The notes under the pieces: model-generated
Seen by the model: the letters and a program-made list of their open reading frames with translations, nothing else
Databases searched by the model: none
Told to the model about the DNA's origin: nothing
Part shown: positions 11,081 to 21,956 of the stretch, one piece after another
Numbering within the stretch: the stretch's first letter is position 1
Layout of the letters: the number at the start of each line of letters is the position of its first letter
Made by a program: the position numbers and the translations under genes
DNA from: Candidatus Krumholzibacteriota bacterium
Lineage (GTDB): Bacteria; Krumholzibacteriota; Krumholzibacteriia; JAJRXK01
Direction: 5' to 3'
NCBI GenBank assembly: GCA_963764625.1
Contig: CAVXTH010000009.1
Span: 608,001 to 672,000 of the forward strand
Length of the DNA stretch: 64,000 nucleotides

Positions 11081-11593
11081 TCACATCGGCGAAAAGCCCT
11101 GTTGCGACCAGTATTCGTCCTGGGTGAATTTCTGCAGGTCCATCAGCGCATTCAGATGTCCGATCTCCCACTCACTCAGCCAGCTGAAGAGCTTCTTCAG
11201 ATCTGGTTCGTCCGACTTGTCCGCCTGCTCCTTGTAGTAGGAGATCGCGCGCTTCTCCAGATCCACCCCGATCCCGATGACCGCCATCTCGAATGCTCCT
11301 CGGCGGAGAGACTTGCGAAAACTGTCGTCGATGATGTGAGCGGCGCCATGGTCCACCGCAGCCGGGTGGATCTCATCCAGATTCAGCTTTCCCTGGTTGG
11401 TGTAGCTCTCGAGCTGGATCTGAAGAATGCGCACGTGCTGTTCCTCATCCTTGGCCATGTCCTCGAACATGGCTTTGGCCGCGCCGTCCTCGGTGGTCTC
11501 GGCCGCATGGGAATAGAGTTGGTGACCTTTGATCTCGGTCATGATCGCTTCCTTCAGGACCTCGATCATCTGCTTTTTCTTGGCTTCGTCCAT
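11081..11593 (-). CDS. Ferritin-like / rubrerythrin family protein
   Basis: Two E...ExxH di-iron motifs (EIKG...DEEQH; EKRA...WEIGH). GAGGAGG RBS before ATG 11593. Confidence 0.9.
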   Translation of the reverse strand: MDEAKKKQMIEVLKEAIMTEIKGHQLYSHAAETTEDGAAKAMFEDMAKDEEQHVRILQIQLESYTNQGKLNLDEIHPAAVDHGAAHIIDDSFRKSLRRGAFEMAVIGIGVDLEKRAISYYKEQADKSDEPDLKKLFSWLSEWEIGHLNALMDLQKFTQDEYWSQQGFSPM

Positions 11594-11697
11594 GGTACTC
11601 CTCCTCGCCCGCCAGGCGTTGGCCCTTCCTGCCATTAGGCATTCGTCAGCACTCAATCTTAGTCGCCAGGGAGCGCCAGGGAAGGAGAACCTGGATT

Positions 11698-12968
11698 CTA
11701 GTTCACACTGAAGATGTAGACGATGCGGGTGATCGCCCCCGAGTTATCTCGCACCGCGAGCGCGAAATTGTGGGCTCCGGGGGCGAGATCGGCGCTGGCC
11801 GAACTCAGGACCGCCCAGGGAGTATCCCATTCGGCTTCCTCCACGTTGAGAGGATCAGCGGCATCGAAGACGTACCGAGAGTCCGAAATGAGACCGGCGT
11901 ATTCCTCCGCGCTGGCGGTCCACGCAAACGTGAGCGTGGAGTCGCCGAAAGCGCCCAGGTCGACGGCCGCGGTGGTCTCGCCCTGGAAGTCCATCTCGCC
12001 CGCAGTGGGATCGGTCGCGTGAACCAACGGGAAGAAGCCTCCGTCCACGTGGAAGTGGAGGAGATTGGTGTTCCAGCGGAAGGTGGTGGTGATGGCGTTG
12101 GCCCGGTCCCTCGCCTGGACCGCGAGGAACCACGAGCTGCCGGGAGCGAGGTTGGTGAGAGTGATGTCGCTCTCGGGCCGGCTCGTGCGTTCGAAGGGCA
12201 TCCAATCGGACCAACTGTTCTCGTGAAAGAGGGTGGTGGAATCGAGACGCTCGTATTGACTGCGCGTGACGCAGTCGCCCGCGAGGGGGACACTCAACCC
12301 GGCATCGTGGAAGGCGGCCGGATCCAGATCTTCCACCGCCACCAGAGCGTAACGGAAGTCCGCCGCGATCCGAACCGGATCATCCGCATCATCGGTATCG
12401 ATGCCCAGGTCCAGGGTTGCATTGGTGGGCTGGCAGACGTCCTGGTTCAGGGTGGGTAGATCGAACTGTACTTGGGGAAGGATGGTCGTGACGGTGAAAC
12501 TGGCCGAAGCCGGAGTCGGGTCGACGTTGCCGTGTTGATCGACAGCGCGCACGAAGAAGGTGTGAGTCTGCCAATTCCTGAAATCGATGGGATCGATGAT
12601 GGCCGGGTTCGTGACGTCCGCGGGGAAGGAATCCAGCTCGGCCGAGGCATTCGAAAGTCGAATCGCCGAGTTCGGTAAAGTGCCATGCGAGGCCCAGAGT
12701 GTCTACCGGGTCGACGACGCCATCCGGACCATCGTTACTCATCCGCCACTGGAAGGAGACGACCGTTCCGTCTTCGTCGCTTCCGAGCCAGGCGAGAGAA
12801 ACTCGATACGAATTCGGGATGTCGTCTCGGGGCGCGAGCGACGATCCGCGTATCAGGGGGCTGGTCCGCCACCGGTTCGGTGGTGGAATTGCTGCACGAG
12901 AAGAGGCCGCAGATCAAGAGCGAGGCTCCGAACACCCCGAATGGTCTCCGCGGAACATGCACCTGCAT
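11698..12968 (-). CDS. Secreted lipoprotein with Ig/FnIII-like modules (two frameshifts)
   Basis: Lipobox LFSC, then QPPDTRIV...SYRVSLAWLGSDEDG...FQWR and THTFFVRAVD...DPTPA. Spread over three frames with shifts near 12835 and 12649. Confidence 0.7.
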
Positions 12969-13170
12969 CGCGTCGTCATCTCCCAGTCTGCTTCGGGGGG
13001 ATCGCACCCTTCGTGCGCCGCTTCTTCGTTGCTCGCACCTAGCACGAACCGGATCCGCACCGTGGCCGATCCGGCCCAAGCAAGCTAAGGAAACCGCTCG
13101 CCGCCATCAAGGGCGCCCCCTGCGAGCAGCGTTGCGCTGCGCGAGTTGGGCAGGCGGCGGCCATGGCTTC

Positions 13171-13292
13171 CGCTCTATCAGTTCGAAGAACACGACCCAA
13201 TCGTCTTCCGTCTTGCACCAAGGACGAATCACGAAATTCACCGAAGAGTCCGCAAGCCGCCACCAGTTTGACCAGAGGGGCCCGGATCCTTC
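13171..13292 (-). pseudogene. C-terminal fragment of an MscS mechanosensitive channel
   Basis: Reads KDPAPLVKLVALADSSVNFVIRPWCKTEDDWVVFFELIE after removing two extra G. No room for the N-terminal TM part. Confidence 0.6.
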
Positions 13293-13333
13293 ACGCATCT
13301 TCTGGCGAGTGAAATCTCGTGACGGCTCAGGCT

Positions 13334-14356
13334 CTAGAAGAAGCGATAGCTCAATCCCAGAGCCAGGGTCTGTTTCCATTGCGCGGCCTTGCGGATGCCC
13401 ACGTCGGAGTTGGCGATCCGCACTTCCAGCGGCAAGTCGGGGTTTAGGTCGGTGCTCGTGTCGAACTTCTCGTACACGAGCTGAAAGAAGAGATTCACCG
13501 ACAGGACGTTCGTGATCTTCGCGGTGAGCGTATTCTGCCAATCGGCGCTCGGCACTCTCCAATAGTCGGCGATCGCATCTCTGGTCATGTTGCTATCGGC
13601 GAGATCCGCATCGAAGCGCGCGAGGTCATTTTTCGCGGAATACAGCACCGGTACGAACACCACGAGGCGCGAGTTCAGAGTGAAGCGATCCTGGGAGAAG
13701 GGAAAACTCGCGATGCTCTGCCATTCGAGGCCACCGTCGAGAGTGCTGGTGGTTGCGCTTTTGTCTCCTGTAAGATCTTGAAAGGTCTTGGCGACGCTTT
13801 GACGCAAGCTGAAGCCGAGACGCGTGAGGATCTCCTTGTTCTCGGTCTTCTGGAAGATCTTGGTGATCCCGGCCGCCTCGTTGAAGCGAAGAGGATTGAA
13901 ATTGAAATCACCGCGCGCGTCGCTCTTGTCCCAGAATTGCGATTCGAAGCGGAATTGCAGGTAGGGATTGAATGAGTGCTTTCCCCAGCGGCCCGTGGAT
14001 TCGAGCAGAATCTGATCGTTGTTTTTTTCGGGACGGTCCCAGGTATTGTGGCGCGGACTTTCGGGATCCTCCACTTGCTTCGCTGTCATTCCATAGGCCA
14101 GATTCAAGGTGCTCGTCCAGTTGAACGATTCGGTGTATTGACGCTCCGCGCGCAGGTCGGACTTGATGCTCCAGGCGTAGGAGCCGCGATCTCCGCCCGC
14201 CCAGTTGTTCGAGAAGGTGCTCTGGTTGAGATTGAGTCCCGCGATCATTTCGAAGTGCCAGGGTCCTGGCTGAACTTCAACTTGAGCGACCGCAGCGTCA
14301 AGGGCGATGGAAACGCCCACGAGGCAGAGGATCACGGTGGTGATGGTGGATCTCAC
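13334..14356 (-). CDS. DUF3078-type outer-membrane beta-barrel protein
   Basis: Signal peptide, GLNLNQSTFSNNWAGG, alternating beta strands and C-terminal LGLSYRFF. Confidence 0.8.
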   Translation of the reverse strand: MRSTITTVILCLVGVSIALDAAVAQVEVQPGPWHFEMIAGLNLNQSTFSNNWAGGDRGSYAWSIKSDLRAERQYTESFNWTSTLNLAYGMTAKQVEDPESPRHNTWDRPEKNNDQILLESTGRWGKHSFNPYLQFRFESQFWDKSDARGDFNFNPLRFNEAAGITKIFQKTENKEILTRLGFSLRQSVAKTFQDLTGDKSATTSTLDGGLEWQSIASFPFSQDRFTLNSRLVVFVPVLYSAKNDLARFDADLADSNMTRDAIADYWRVPSADWQNTLTAKITNVLSVNLFFQLVYEKFDTSTDLNPDLPLEVRIANSDVGIRKAAQWKQTLALGLSYRFF

Positions 14357-14522
14357 GGAAGTCCTCTCCGTTTCAGGCCGGGTTGGAAGAAATCTGTCGT
14401 TTCAGAGGATCTCCAGTCTATCGGGAACAAGACAAAGCGCAAGCTCCCGGGTCCACTCCATTCGAGGCGGTCGTGCGGGGGAAGCTCTTGTGCCTGAGGT
14501 GGTGTACGGATACCATCACGAC

Positions 14523-15236
14523 ATGTCCACTGATGCATCCCTCGACGCCCTTGCGATCGGCGCCCATCCCGACGACGCGGAGATGGCGATCGGCGGCATT
14601 CTGGCCGCCCTGGCTTCGGCGGGCCGCCGGGTCATGATTCTCTCTTTGACCGCGGGTGAGATGGGGACCTGGGGCACTCCGCGTGAGCGCGCGAAAGAGG
14701 CAGCGGAAGCAGCGCGCATTCTGAGTTGTGAAAACCGGATTCTCGATTTTCCCGACGGGGGCGTCACCGAGGATCGCGAGAATCGTCTGCGTGTGGCCCA
14801 ACTCGTTCGCGAATTGCGCCCGACGATCGTGCTGGCACCCTACCCCTACAACCGGGCCAGTCATCTGGACGGTCGGGCGAACGTGGATCATCTGGCGACC
14901 GGTCTTTTGGCTCGGGAGGGATGCAAGTTGGCTCGTCTGCGCAAGGCTGTGCCCGAGCGGGAACCCCATCAGGTCAAACGGCTGTTCTACTACATGCTAC
15001 CCGAGACGGTGCAGCCCAGTTTCGTGGTCGACGTCACCGCGCACGAGGAGACGCTCACGCGGGCCATCGAGGCCTATCAGAGCCAGATGCCCATCGGCCG
15101 CGGTCCTCAGTCGATCCTGCAGATTCTTCTCGCGCAAAGGCGTTCGATGGGAGCGCGCCTGCACGTCGGCATGGCCGAGGCCGTGTTCAGCGAGGACGCG
15201 CTGGGAGGTTCGGTGGAAGCGCTCTTTCAAGTTTGA
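14523..15236 (+). CDS. bshB1: PIG-L family deacetylase, BshB1-like
   Basis: AIGAHPDDAE, LTAGEMGTWGT, DH motif and PSFVVDVT...AYQSQ. Confidence 0.75.
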   Translation: MSTDASLDALAIGAHPDDAEMAIGGILAALASAGRRVMILSLTAGEMGTWGTPRERAKEAAEAARILSCENRILDFPDGGVTEDRENRLRVAQLVRELRPTIVLAPYPYNRASHLDGRANVDHLATGLLAREGCKLARLRKAVPEREPHQVKRLFYYMLPETVQPSFVVDVTAHEETLTRAIEAYQSQMPIGRGPQSILQILLAQRRSMGARLHVGMAEAVFSEDALGGSVEALFQV

Positions 15237-15260
15237 CGAACGAGCACCTTCAAGGAGAGA

Positions 15261-15680
15261 GTGGCGATCGTGGAGGCTCCAAAAATCCATCCCGACTCCT
15301 TGCGCCCCTTGGTCTTCGTTCTCCGTCTGAGCGCGCTCTACGACTGGACGTGCTTCGTCGTGGTCCTGGCCATGCCTCCCTGGCTCTTTTCGTTTTTTTC
15401 CCATCCACTGCCCTGCTCTCCCTTCCTGTTCCGGATGGCGGCGTTGCCGCTCCTCGTGCTTCCCCTGGTGTATCTGACCGCAGCGGAAACCGCGCATCGC
15501 TGTCCTCCGCTCGTGGACCTCTCCGTCGCGATGCGCATCACCGGAGCGCTCGGCATCATCGGGCTCGTGTTCTGGCATGACCCCAAGGGTGCGGCGGCGT
15601 ACTGGTTCTTCGCCGCGAGCGACTTCGTGTGGGCGGGTCTCTACTTCTTCTTCGCTCGCCGGGTGGCGGTGGAGAAGTAG
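15261..15680 (+). CDS. Small membrane protein (about 4 TM), hypothetical
   Basis: AAGGAG RBS before GTG; four hydrophobic segments. Confidence 0.65.
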   Translation: MAIVEAPKIHPDSLRPLVFVLRLSALYDWTCFVVVLAMPPWLFSFFSHPLPCSPFLFRMAALPLLVLPLVYLTAAETAHRCPPLVDLSVAMRITGALGIIGLVFWHDPKGAAAYWFFAASDFVWAGLYFFFARRVAVEK

Positions 15681-15823
15681 AAGCCGTCTTGGCGAGCGGA
15701 AACCCGGCGCGCCGCGCCGGGGCGAATCGACCTTTCCGACGGCAAACGCGGCTAGGATGCCCTAGGGCGCGGATCTATCTTGGTGAGGCCTCGAATGGAT
15801 CCCAAGTGCCAAGGAGGAATCCC

Positions 15824-17188
15824 ATGAAGTCGACCGTCTTTGCTCTCGTCGCTCTCTCGTGCGTGTTGCCATGGGTTGCTCACGCCGCCGCGCCGTCGGG
15901 GGAAGCCGCCCTGGGAACGAGAAGCTATGAGGATTTTCAGCCCAACGAAGTCTGCCTCGATTGCCACGTGGACATCACCCGTCAATACGAACAGTCATTG
16001 ATGTCGATGAGCTTCACCCACGACTGGGATGAGATCGAGTATTTCGATCTGGCCCTGCCGCATGCGGAGAACGTCGCCAAGGTCGCCGGCGTCAAGGCGG
16101 GGTGTAATGGATGTCATGCCCCGCTTGCATTTCTCGCCGGGGACATTCCGCCGCAGAGACCGGAGAAAGGTACGCGCGCCAATGAAGGAGTGAGTTGCGA
16201 CCTCTGTCACTCCATCACCGGCTTTACCGGTGACATTCCATTCAACTTCAACTACATCGTCGAGCCCGGCGAAACCAAGCAGGGCGTGCGCAGCGGGACC
16301 GAGAGCCCGTTCCATTCCATTCAAGCCAATCCCTTCCTCATGAGCGCGGAGTTCTGCGGCACCTGCCATAACGAGAAGGACCCCTGGGGTCTGTGGGTCA
16401 AGGCCACGCATCTCGAGTGGAAGGAGAGCCCGCAGGCGAAGGCGGGGATCGTATGCCAGGACTGTCACATGCCGCCCGCTTCCGGAAACTCCGCTCCAGA
16501 GTCCGGGGGGGCAGACCACCCGGACATCCGGCAGCACCTCTTCCATGGCGCACACGACCTGGGAAAGCTTGCCGGAGCGGTGGAAGTTCGCATCCACTCT
16601 CTGAGCGACTCTGCGCGGCCGCACGGGGAGGCGCGCTTCACCGCCACGGTGGTGAACGCGAAAGCTGCCCACATGATTCCCTCCGGCTCGGCCGAGGAGA
16701 GGCTCTTGTGGCTCGACGTGGTGGCGATCGACGCGGCGGGGAACTCCTACCGCCTGCCGGTCGATGCGAAGGGCTTTCAAGGGGAGGAGTGGACGGTTGC
16801 TTCCGGGGATGCAAAAGCGTATCAGGACCTCGGGGACATCCAGGGACTCGCCGATTTCGCCGGACTGCTCAGAGACGCGCCAGTGCCGGCGGGAGACCGT
16901 ATCTTCCGCTTGCCGTATCTCGACCCCCGAGGCCGGATGACGATCGCGCAGTGGAACACCGCCGATTTCGGGCCGGACTATCGTCTTGCCCCTCTCAAGG
17001 CGGTGAACGAAAGCTACACCTGGACGCTTCCCGAGGGTGTGGCCCCTGGTCCCCTTGTCGTCACCGCGAGCGTCTGGTACGCGAGGGTGCCGGGGGACGT
17101 GGCGCGCTTCTTGGGGATTCCTCAGGATGAGTCCGCGCCGGTGAAGATGAGCGAGCACTCGACCACGATTGAGGTGGCGGGATCCTAG
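15824..17188 (+). CDS. Exported pentaheme cytochrome c (c554-like) with C-terminal beta domain
   Basis: AGGAGG RBS, signal peptide and five CxxCH motifs (CLDCH, CNGCH, CDLCH, CGTCH, CQDCH). Confidence 0.9.
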   Translation: MKSTVFALVALSCVLPWVAHAAAPSGEAALGTRSYEDFQPNEVCLDCHVDITRQYEQSLMSMSFTHDWDEIEYFDLALPHAENVAKVAGVKAGCNGCHAPLAFLAGDIPPQRPEKGTRANEGVSCDLCHSITGFTGDIPFNFNYIVEPGETKQGVRSGTESPFHSIQANPFLMSAEFCGTCHNEKDPWGLWVKATHLEWKESPQAKAGIVCQDCHMPPASGNSAPESGGADHPDIRQHLFHGAHDLGKLAGAVEVRIHSLSDSARPHGEARFTATVVNAKAAHMIPSGSAEERLLWLDVVAIDAAGNSYRLPVDAKGFQGEEWTVASGDAKAYQDLGDIQGLADFAGLLRDAPVPAGDRIFRLPYLDPRGRMTIAQWNTADFGPDYRLAPLKAVNESYTWTLPEGVAPGPLVVTASVWYARVPGDVARFLGIPQDESAPVKMSEHSTTIEVAGS

Positions 17189-17225
17189 CTCTCTCGCAGA
17201 GAGCGATTAGATTTCGGCCGAGAAC

Positions 17226-19376
17226 TCAGTAGTGGGCAATCTCGCGTAACGCCTGGGCGACGTCTTCGGTCTGAGGAAGCGTCGCCCTTTCGGTGTCGGG
17301 TTGGTAGGCGATGTGCGTGTCGAGCGCGGCGACGCGCCGCACCGGCGCGTCGAGATATTCGAAGAGCTCGTCGGCGATCCAGGCCGCAATTTCCGCGCCA
17401 TAGCCCAGGCTCTTGTGATCCTCGTACACGACTACGCAGCGGTTGGTCTTGCGAACGCTCCGCGCCACGGACTCTTTGTCCCAAGGGCTCAGGGAGCGCA
17501 GATCCAGAATTTCCACCGAGAGTCCCGTCTCGCGTTCGAGCTGCTTGGCGGCCAGTTCGCTTCGGTGCACCAGAGCGCCATAGGTCACGATCGTGACCTC
17601 GCTTCCCTCCTGGTGCAGGCGCGCCTTCCCGAAGGGTATCATGAACTCCGATCCGGGATAGACCGCCTTCCCGTAGGGCTGTCGGTAGAGATGTTTGTGT
17701 TCGAGGAAGATCACCGGATCGTCACAACGAATGGCTGTGCGGAGAAGGCCAACCGCGTCGCGTGCCTCGCTGGGCATGACGACGCGAAGGCCGGGAATGC
17801 TGGCAAAGAGATTGACTCCACTCTGGCTGTGAAACATCGCACCACCCTGGAGATATCCGCCGGCCGCCACGCGGATGACGACGGGTGATTTCCAGTTGTT
17901 GTACGAGCGCCAGCGCATGGTCGCGAGTTCGTTCTTGATCTGCATGTAGGCTGGCCAGATGTAATCGAGAAACTGAATCTCGACCACTGGCTTCAGACCG
18001 CGCGTGGCCATTCCGATCGCGCGGCCCACGATGTTGGCCTCGGCCAGCGGCGAATTGAACACGCGGGCGTCCCCAAACGCTCGTTGGAGACCGGCAGTGG
18101 CCTTGAACACGCCACCCTTCCCCTTGCGCTTGCTCAGGACTTCTTCGTTGGTGGCGTCGGCCACGTCCTCTCCGAAAACCAGGATGCGCGGATCGTGCGC
18201 CATTTCATCGTGCAGGGTACGGTTGATCGCCTCCAGCATGGAAATGGAATTCTTCGCTTTCGCGCCGTCGCCGTCGCGCGGATCCTGACTCTGCGGTGGA
18301 CTCTCGAACTCAGAACCGGTGGCGTCGACCGTTTCACTGAAGAGGTACAGAAGGGCGTCCTCGGGGCGATGCTTCTGGGCCGACTGCGCTTTGAGGGAGG
18401 CCTCTTTGGTGTTCGCCCGGCACTCCGCCTCGAGGGCATCCAGATCCTCGGCCTTTACCCCTTCGTGTTCGATGAGATCGCGGCGTAGGAGGCGCAGAGG
18501 ATCCGAACGAGTCTCTTCCTCCAGCTCCTGTTCGCTGCGGTAGAGTCTCTGGTCGTCGCTCATCGAATGTGAGTAGGGCCGCACCGTGGTCGCGCGTATT
18601 AGGGCCGGCCCCTTGCGCGCGCGGCAGTACGCGGTGGCTTCCCGGAGAACCTCGTACGATGCACGGAAATCGGTCCCGTCGACGTTCCAGGCCCTCAGGT
18701 TTGGATACGAGGCGACCAACTCGTGGATGGGAACCCCTGCCGTCTGCACCTGACTGGGAGTGGAGATGGCGTAGCCGTTGTCCTCGACCAGGATGAGGAC
18801 CGGGAGCTTCAGGTTGCACGCGCTGTTGAGGCCCTCCCAAAACTCTCCTTCGCTGACCGAGCCGTCCCCCACCGACATGTAGATCACCTCGTCGGCGTGG
18901 AAATCGCTCGTCCCCTGGCGTGCCTCCTGGATGGTCTCCAGGTACCGACCAGCTTCCGCGACGCCCACCGCGTGCAGAGTCTGCATGCCGGTGCACGAAC
19001 TCTTGGACACGATGTTCAGGGCGGAATGACCCCAGTGAGCCGGCATCTGCCGCCCCCCGCTGTTCGGATCGTCCTTGGCTCCCACTCCCTGGAGGAACAT
19101 CTCGTAGGGGGTCATGCCCAACTGCAGACAGAGGGCCCGGTCACGGTAGTAGGGCAGGAAGTAATCGTAGGCGGGGCGAAGGACCATGCCACACGCCACG
19201 AGCACTGCCTCGTGCCCGGCGCCGGAAATCTGGAAGTAGATCTGGTTCTTGCGCTTGAGGGATATCTCCTCGTCGTCGATCGACCGCGCGGTGACCATCG
19301 TGCGGTAGGCTGCCAGCAGCATGGCGCGGGTGAGGCTCGTCGGCGGCGCTTGTCTAGAGTTCCGCTTCGTCGGCAA
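17226..19376 (-). CDS. 2-oxoacid dehydrogenase E1, fused alpha/beta subunits (likely branched-chain)
   Basis: TPP motif GDGSVSEG...DN and HSMSDD in the alpha part; [12 protein letters not shown] and EIQFLDY in the beta part. Confidence 0.92.
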   Translation of the reverse strand: MPTKRNSRQAPPTSLTRAMLLAAYRTMVTARSIDDEEISLKRKNQIYFQISGAGHEAVLVACGMVLRPAYDYFLPYYRDRALCLQLGMTPYEMFLQGVGAKDDPNSGGRQMPAHWGHSALNIVSKSSCTGMQTLHAVGVAEAGRYLETIQEARQGTSDFHADEVIYMSVGDGSVSEGEFWEGLNSACNLKLPVLILVEDNGYAISTPSQVQTAGVPIHELVASYPNLRAWNVDGTDFRASYEVLREATAYCRARKGPALIRATTVRPYSHSMSDDQRLYRSEQELEEETRSDPLRLLRRDLIEHEGVKAEDLDALEAECRANTKEASLKAQSAQKHRPEDALLYLFSETVDATGSEFESPPQSQDPRDGDGAKAKNSISMLEAINRTLHDEMAHDPRILVFGEDVADATNEEVLSKRKGKGGVFKATAGLQRAFGDARVFNSPLAEANIVGRAIGMATRGLKPVVEIQFLDYIWPAYMQIKNELATMRWRSYNNWKSPVVIRVAAGGYLQGGAMFHSQSGVNLFASIPGLRVVMPSEARDAVGLLRTAIRCDDPVIFLEHKHLYRQPYGKAVYPGSEFMIPFGKARLHQEGSEVTIVTYGALVHRSELAAKQLERETGLSVEILDLRSLSPWDKESVARSVRKTNRCVVVYEDHKSLGYGAEIAAWIADELFEYLDAPVRRVAALDTHIAYQPDTERATLPQTEDVAQALREIAHY

Positions 19377-19497
19377 GGCGTACCTCAGGCGAAAATTGCT
19401 CGAAAGGGAGAATCAATGTTCAGAAACTAGTATATCGCGGACCGCCGAGGGCCGAAAGAGGGCCTTTGAACGCTTCTGGATCCGACTTACGAAGCGC

Positions 19498-20154
19498 TCA
19501 ACGCTCGGAGATCCAGTACTTTAGACCCAGCCGCCGCTGAAGGTCCTCTCCGTAGGCCTTGGCCAGGCTGTGGCCTTCGAAGTAGGCGATCCGTACCCGG
19601 TAGAGGGGAGTTCCATCGGGCTTGGTTCCCTGCGCCACGTCCGCGGGCACCCCATTCTGGCGCAGCTCGTCCACGCGCCGCTGCGCGTTGGAGTGGCTGC
19701 TGAAGGAGCCGAGATTGATGAGGTAGCGCCCGCTGGGTCCGGGCTGGACCAGGCCGGCGCCCGTGTTCGGGCTCGTGGATCCGCTCGAGCGCGTCGTTGG
19801 GGCCATCTCGGTGCTCGCCGCGTGCACCGGGGTCGTCTGCGAGCTCGTTGAAGCGTGGAGCTCGGTCGCCTGGAGTTGGGTGGAGCTGGGCTTCTGAGGG
19901 GCCTGCGAGAGGCTTTCCGCTGGCGTGTCTTCCGGGCTCATCGACGAGGATTCGCCTTCCGCTGGCGTCGCGCCCTCCGGGCTCACTTGCCCGGCCTGGA
20001 GCGAATTCTCCGTGCCGGGAGGAGTGAGAGTCATCGTGCTGAGCTCGTTCTTGGGCCCTCGCGGCCAGAACAGAAAGAGCGCGGCGCACAAGATGAGGAG
20101 CGCTGCGATGCCATAGAGTAGGGGGCGGCGATCAGGGGTGTCTTCGCGTGCCAT
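19498..20154 (-). CDS. SPOR-domain membrane protein
   Basis: GGGAGG RBS, N-terminal TM, S/T/P linker and C-terminal YLINLGSFSSHSNA...LYRVRIAYF. Confidence 0.88.
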   Translation of the reverse strand: MAREDTPDRRPLLYGIAALLILCAALFLFWPRGPKNELSTMTLTPPGTENSLQAGQVSPEGATPAEGESSSMSPEDTPAESLSQAPQKPSSTQLQATELHASTSSQTTPVHAASTEMAPTTRSSGSTSPNTGAGLVQPGPSGRYLINLGSFSSHSNAQRRVDELRQNGVPADVAQGTKPDGTPLYRVRIAYFEGHSLAKAYGEDLQRRLGLKYWISER

Positions 20155-20184
20155 CTTGCTGAACCTCCCGAAGGGAAACGAGCG

Positions 20185-20210
20185 GGGCTCCCTCTGCTTA
20201 GAGGGAGCCC
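20185..20210. other. Perfect 11-bp hairpin upstream of the SPOR gene
   Basis: GGGCTCCCTCT-GCTT-AGAGGGAGCCC; no clear U tract. Confidence 0.6.
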
Positions 20211-20239
20211 GTGCGATCGTCAAGAAGGAAGAGACCTGA

Positions 20240-20545
20240 GGTCCAAAAACTCCTGGGGAAGCCGGAGGGTCGCCATGTGAAGCGGCTGCATAGCATTTGG
20301 TGCCCAATGTGGCGGGGCCACGACAGATGCGAATCAGAACCCGTGGTCCGGTCTCTGCTTCGCAATGGGCATCCAGTCGTCGAGCAGATGTCATTGCTCG
20401 CGACCCCTCGGCCGACGATCCCGCAGTCGGTGGTGTCGAACCGGCCCTCGACGAGGGCACCGTTGGCGAGACCGCTTCCCCAGTTCCTGCCGAGTACGCG
20501 CCGCCAACGCGTTGGCGATCAGGGACGGACCCGGCTGAAGGAGCT
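20240..20545 (-). ncRNA. Candidate structured ncRNA or 5' leader of about 300 nt
   Basis: Nested long-range complementary segments, directly downstream of a sigma70-like promoter, with no convincing ORF. Confidence 0.4.
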
Positions 20546-20551
20546 GCGCCG

Positions 20552-20581
20552 AGTATATCCCCTCATTCCGGGCGGTTTCAA
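20552..20581 (-). promoter_or_regulatory. sigma70-like promoter
   Basis: TTGAAA-N18-TATACT on the minus strand. Confidence 0.6.
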
Positions 20582-20689
20582 GTCACGGAAGAAAGAATCG
20601 ACGGTCTGATTTTCAATCGTTTGCACCGTGCTTTCGGCTCGGCTACGCCTTTCTTGCGCAGGACTACCCGGGGAGGTAGCTTTCCCACC

Positions 20690-21345
20690 ATGAACTTGAC
20701 CCTGCCACGCGCAATCTGCTTCGATCTCGATGGCACCCTCGTCGACTCGGTGTCGGACCTCACGGTCGCCTGTAATCTCATGCTCGCCGAACGGGGTGTG
20801 GATCCGCTGCGCGAGGAGACGGTCCGCGGCTACATCGGGGACGGGGCGCGTATGCTCGTGGCCCGCGCGCTCGGGGAAGCTCCGGCCGAGGTCGACAGCG
20901 CCCTCCTGCGCTTCCGCGATTTCTACGCGGAGCACCTGCTCGATCACACCCATGCCTATCCTGGGGTCGAGGTAACGCTCGCGGCCTTGCAGGAGCGCGG
21001 GAATGCGCATGGGCGTGGTGAGCAACAAACCCCACGAATTCAGCGCGAGAGTCGTGGAGGGTCTAGGGCTTGGAGAGTACTTCGACGCGATCGTGGGAGC
21101 GCGCGAGGGGAGTGCCGGTGAAGCCAGCTCCCGATCTCCTGCGTCTGGCGCTCGCCGAATTGGAAGTGGATGCCTCCGAGGCCTGGATGGTGGGTGATTC
21201 CAAAAACGACGTGGGAGCGGCGCATGCGGCCGGCTGCATTTCCATCGCGTTCAGCTATGGCATCGGGCGCATGGACGATCTGCGCGCGGCGAAACCAGAG
21301 ATCATTCTGGTTTCCTTTGCCGAACTCATCGAGTTGTTGGTCTGA
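20690..21345 (+). CDS. gph: Phosphoglycolate phosphatase, HAD family (two frameshifts)
   Basis: FDLDGTLVDS, VVSNKP, KPAPD and MVGDSKND. Extra G in G-runs near 21000 and 21108. Confidence 0.85.
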
Positions 21346-21453
21346 AGCTTGTTTTTTAGTTCGTAGATTGACTTGCCAAAACCTCTCTCTGTTTCTACTG
21401 TCACGCCCGTGCTGATGGATTTCCTCCAGTGACCAAGATGAGGAGGGGTTACC

Positions 21454-21789
21454 ATGTCCCTGGTGCGAAGACTCGCTCGCGTCAGTCTCGTCTGTGGATG
21501 GCTCGCGGTTCTCGCTCTGGGGAACGGTTGCAAGGGTAACGATCCGGTCGCAGCGCCCCGAACTACACGCAGATCTCCCGCCGTCCAGATCGCTGGTAGG
21601 CGCAACGGATCCACGATCAACCCCATTGGTCTCCCGGGTATTTTCGATGCGTCGCAGGACCAAAGGCGAGCTCGAATTCGCGCTCTGGAGTATCCCGCCA
21701 CCAATCACGTTGAGGTCGACGTGACGGTCCTCGACCGCATCGAAGCCGGACCCAGCCGACACAGTGCGGGCGAAGGACCTTCAGGATAG
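21454..21789 (+). pseudogene. Probable decayed lipoprotein
   Basis: Strong RBS (GAGGAGG) and lipoprotein-like leader (LALGNGC), but a short incoherent remainder. Confidence 0.4.
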
Positions 21790-21956
21790 CGCTCGAGTTA
21801 CGCGGGCGATGGCCTGGAAACGCCAGTGACTGCGAATCAGCGGCCGCGATGAACCTCGGACCGGTATGCCTTGTCGATGGTCGCGCGTAACCCAAGGACT
21901 TCAAGATCGCCCGGGACGGCCCTCCGGCGCGGCGATGCGCGAGTGGATCAACCAGC

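Noticed and set aside
15684-15744. Small nested hairpin upstream of the cytochrome gene, containing TTGGCGAG
   Set aside because: Short GC-rich stems are expected by chance; no promoter or terminator support.
20220-20545. SAM-I, cobalamin or glycine riboswitch, or SRP RNA
   Set aside because: Only fragments of the consensus motifs, in the wrong order or spacing.
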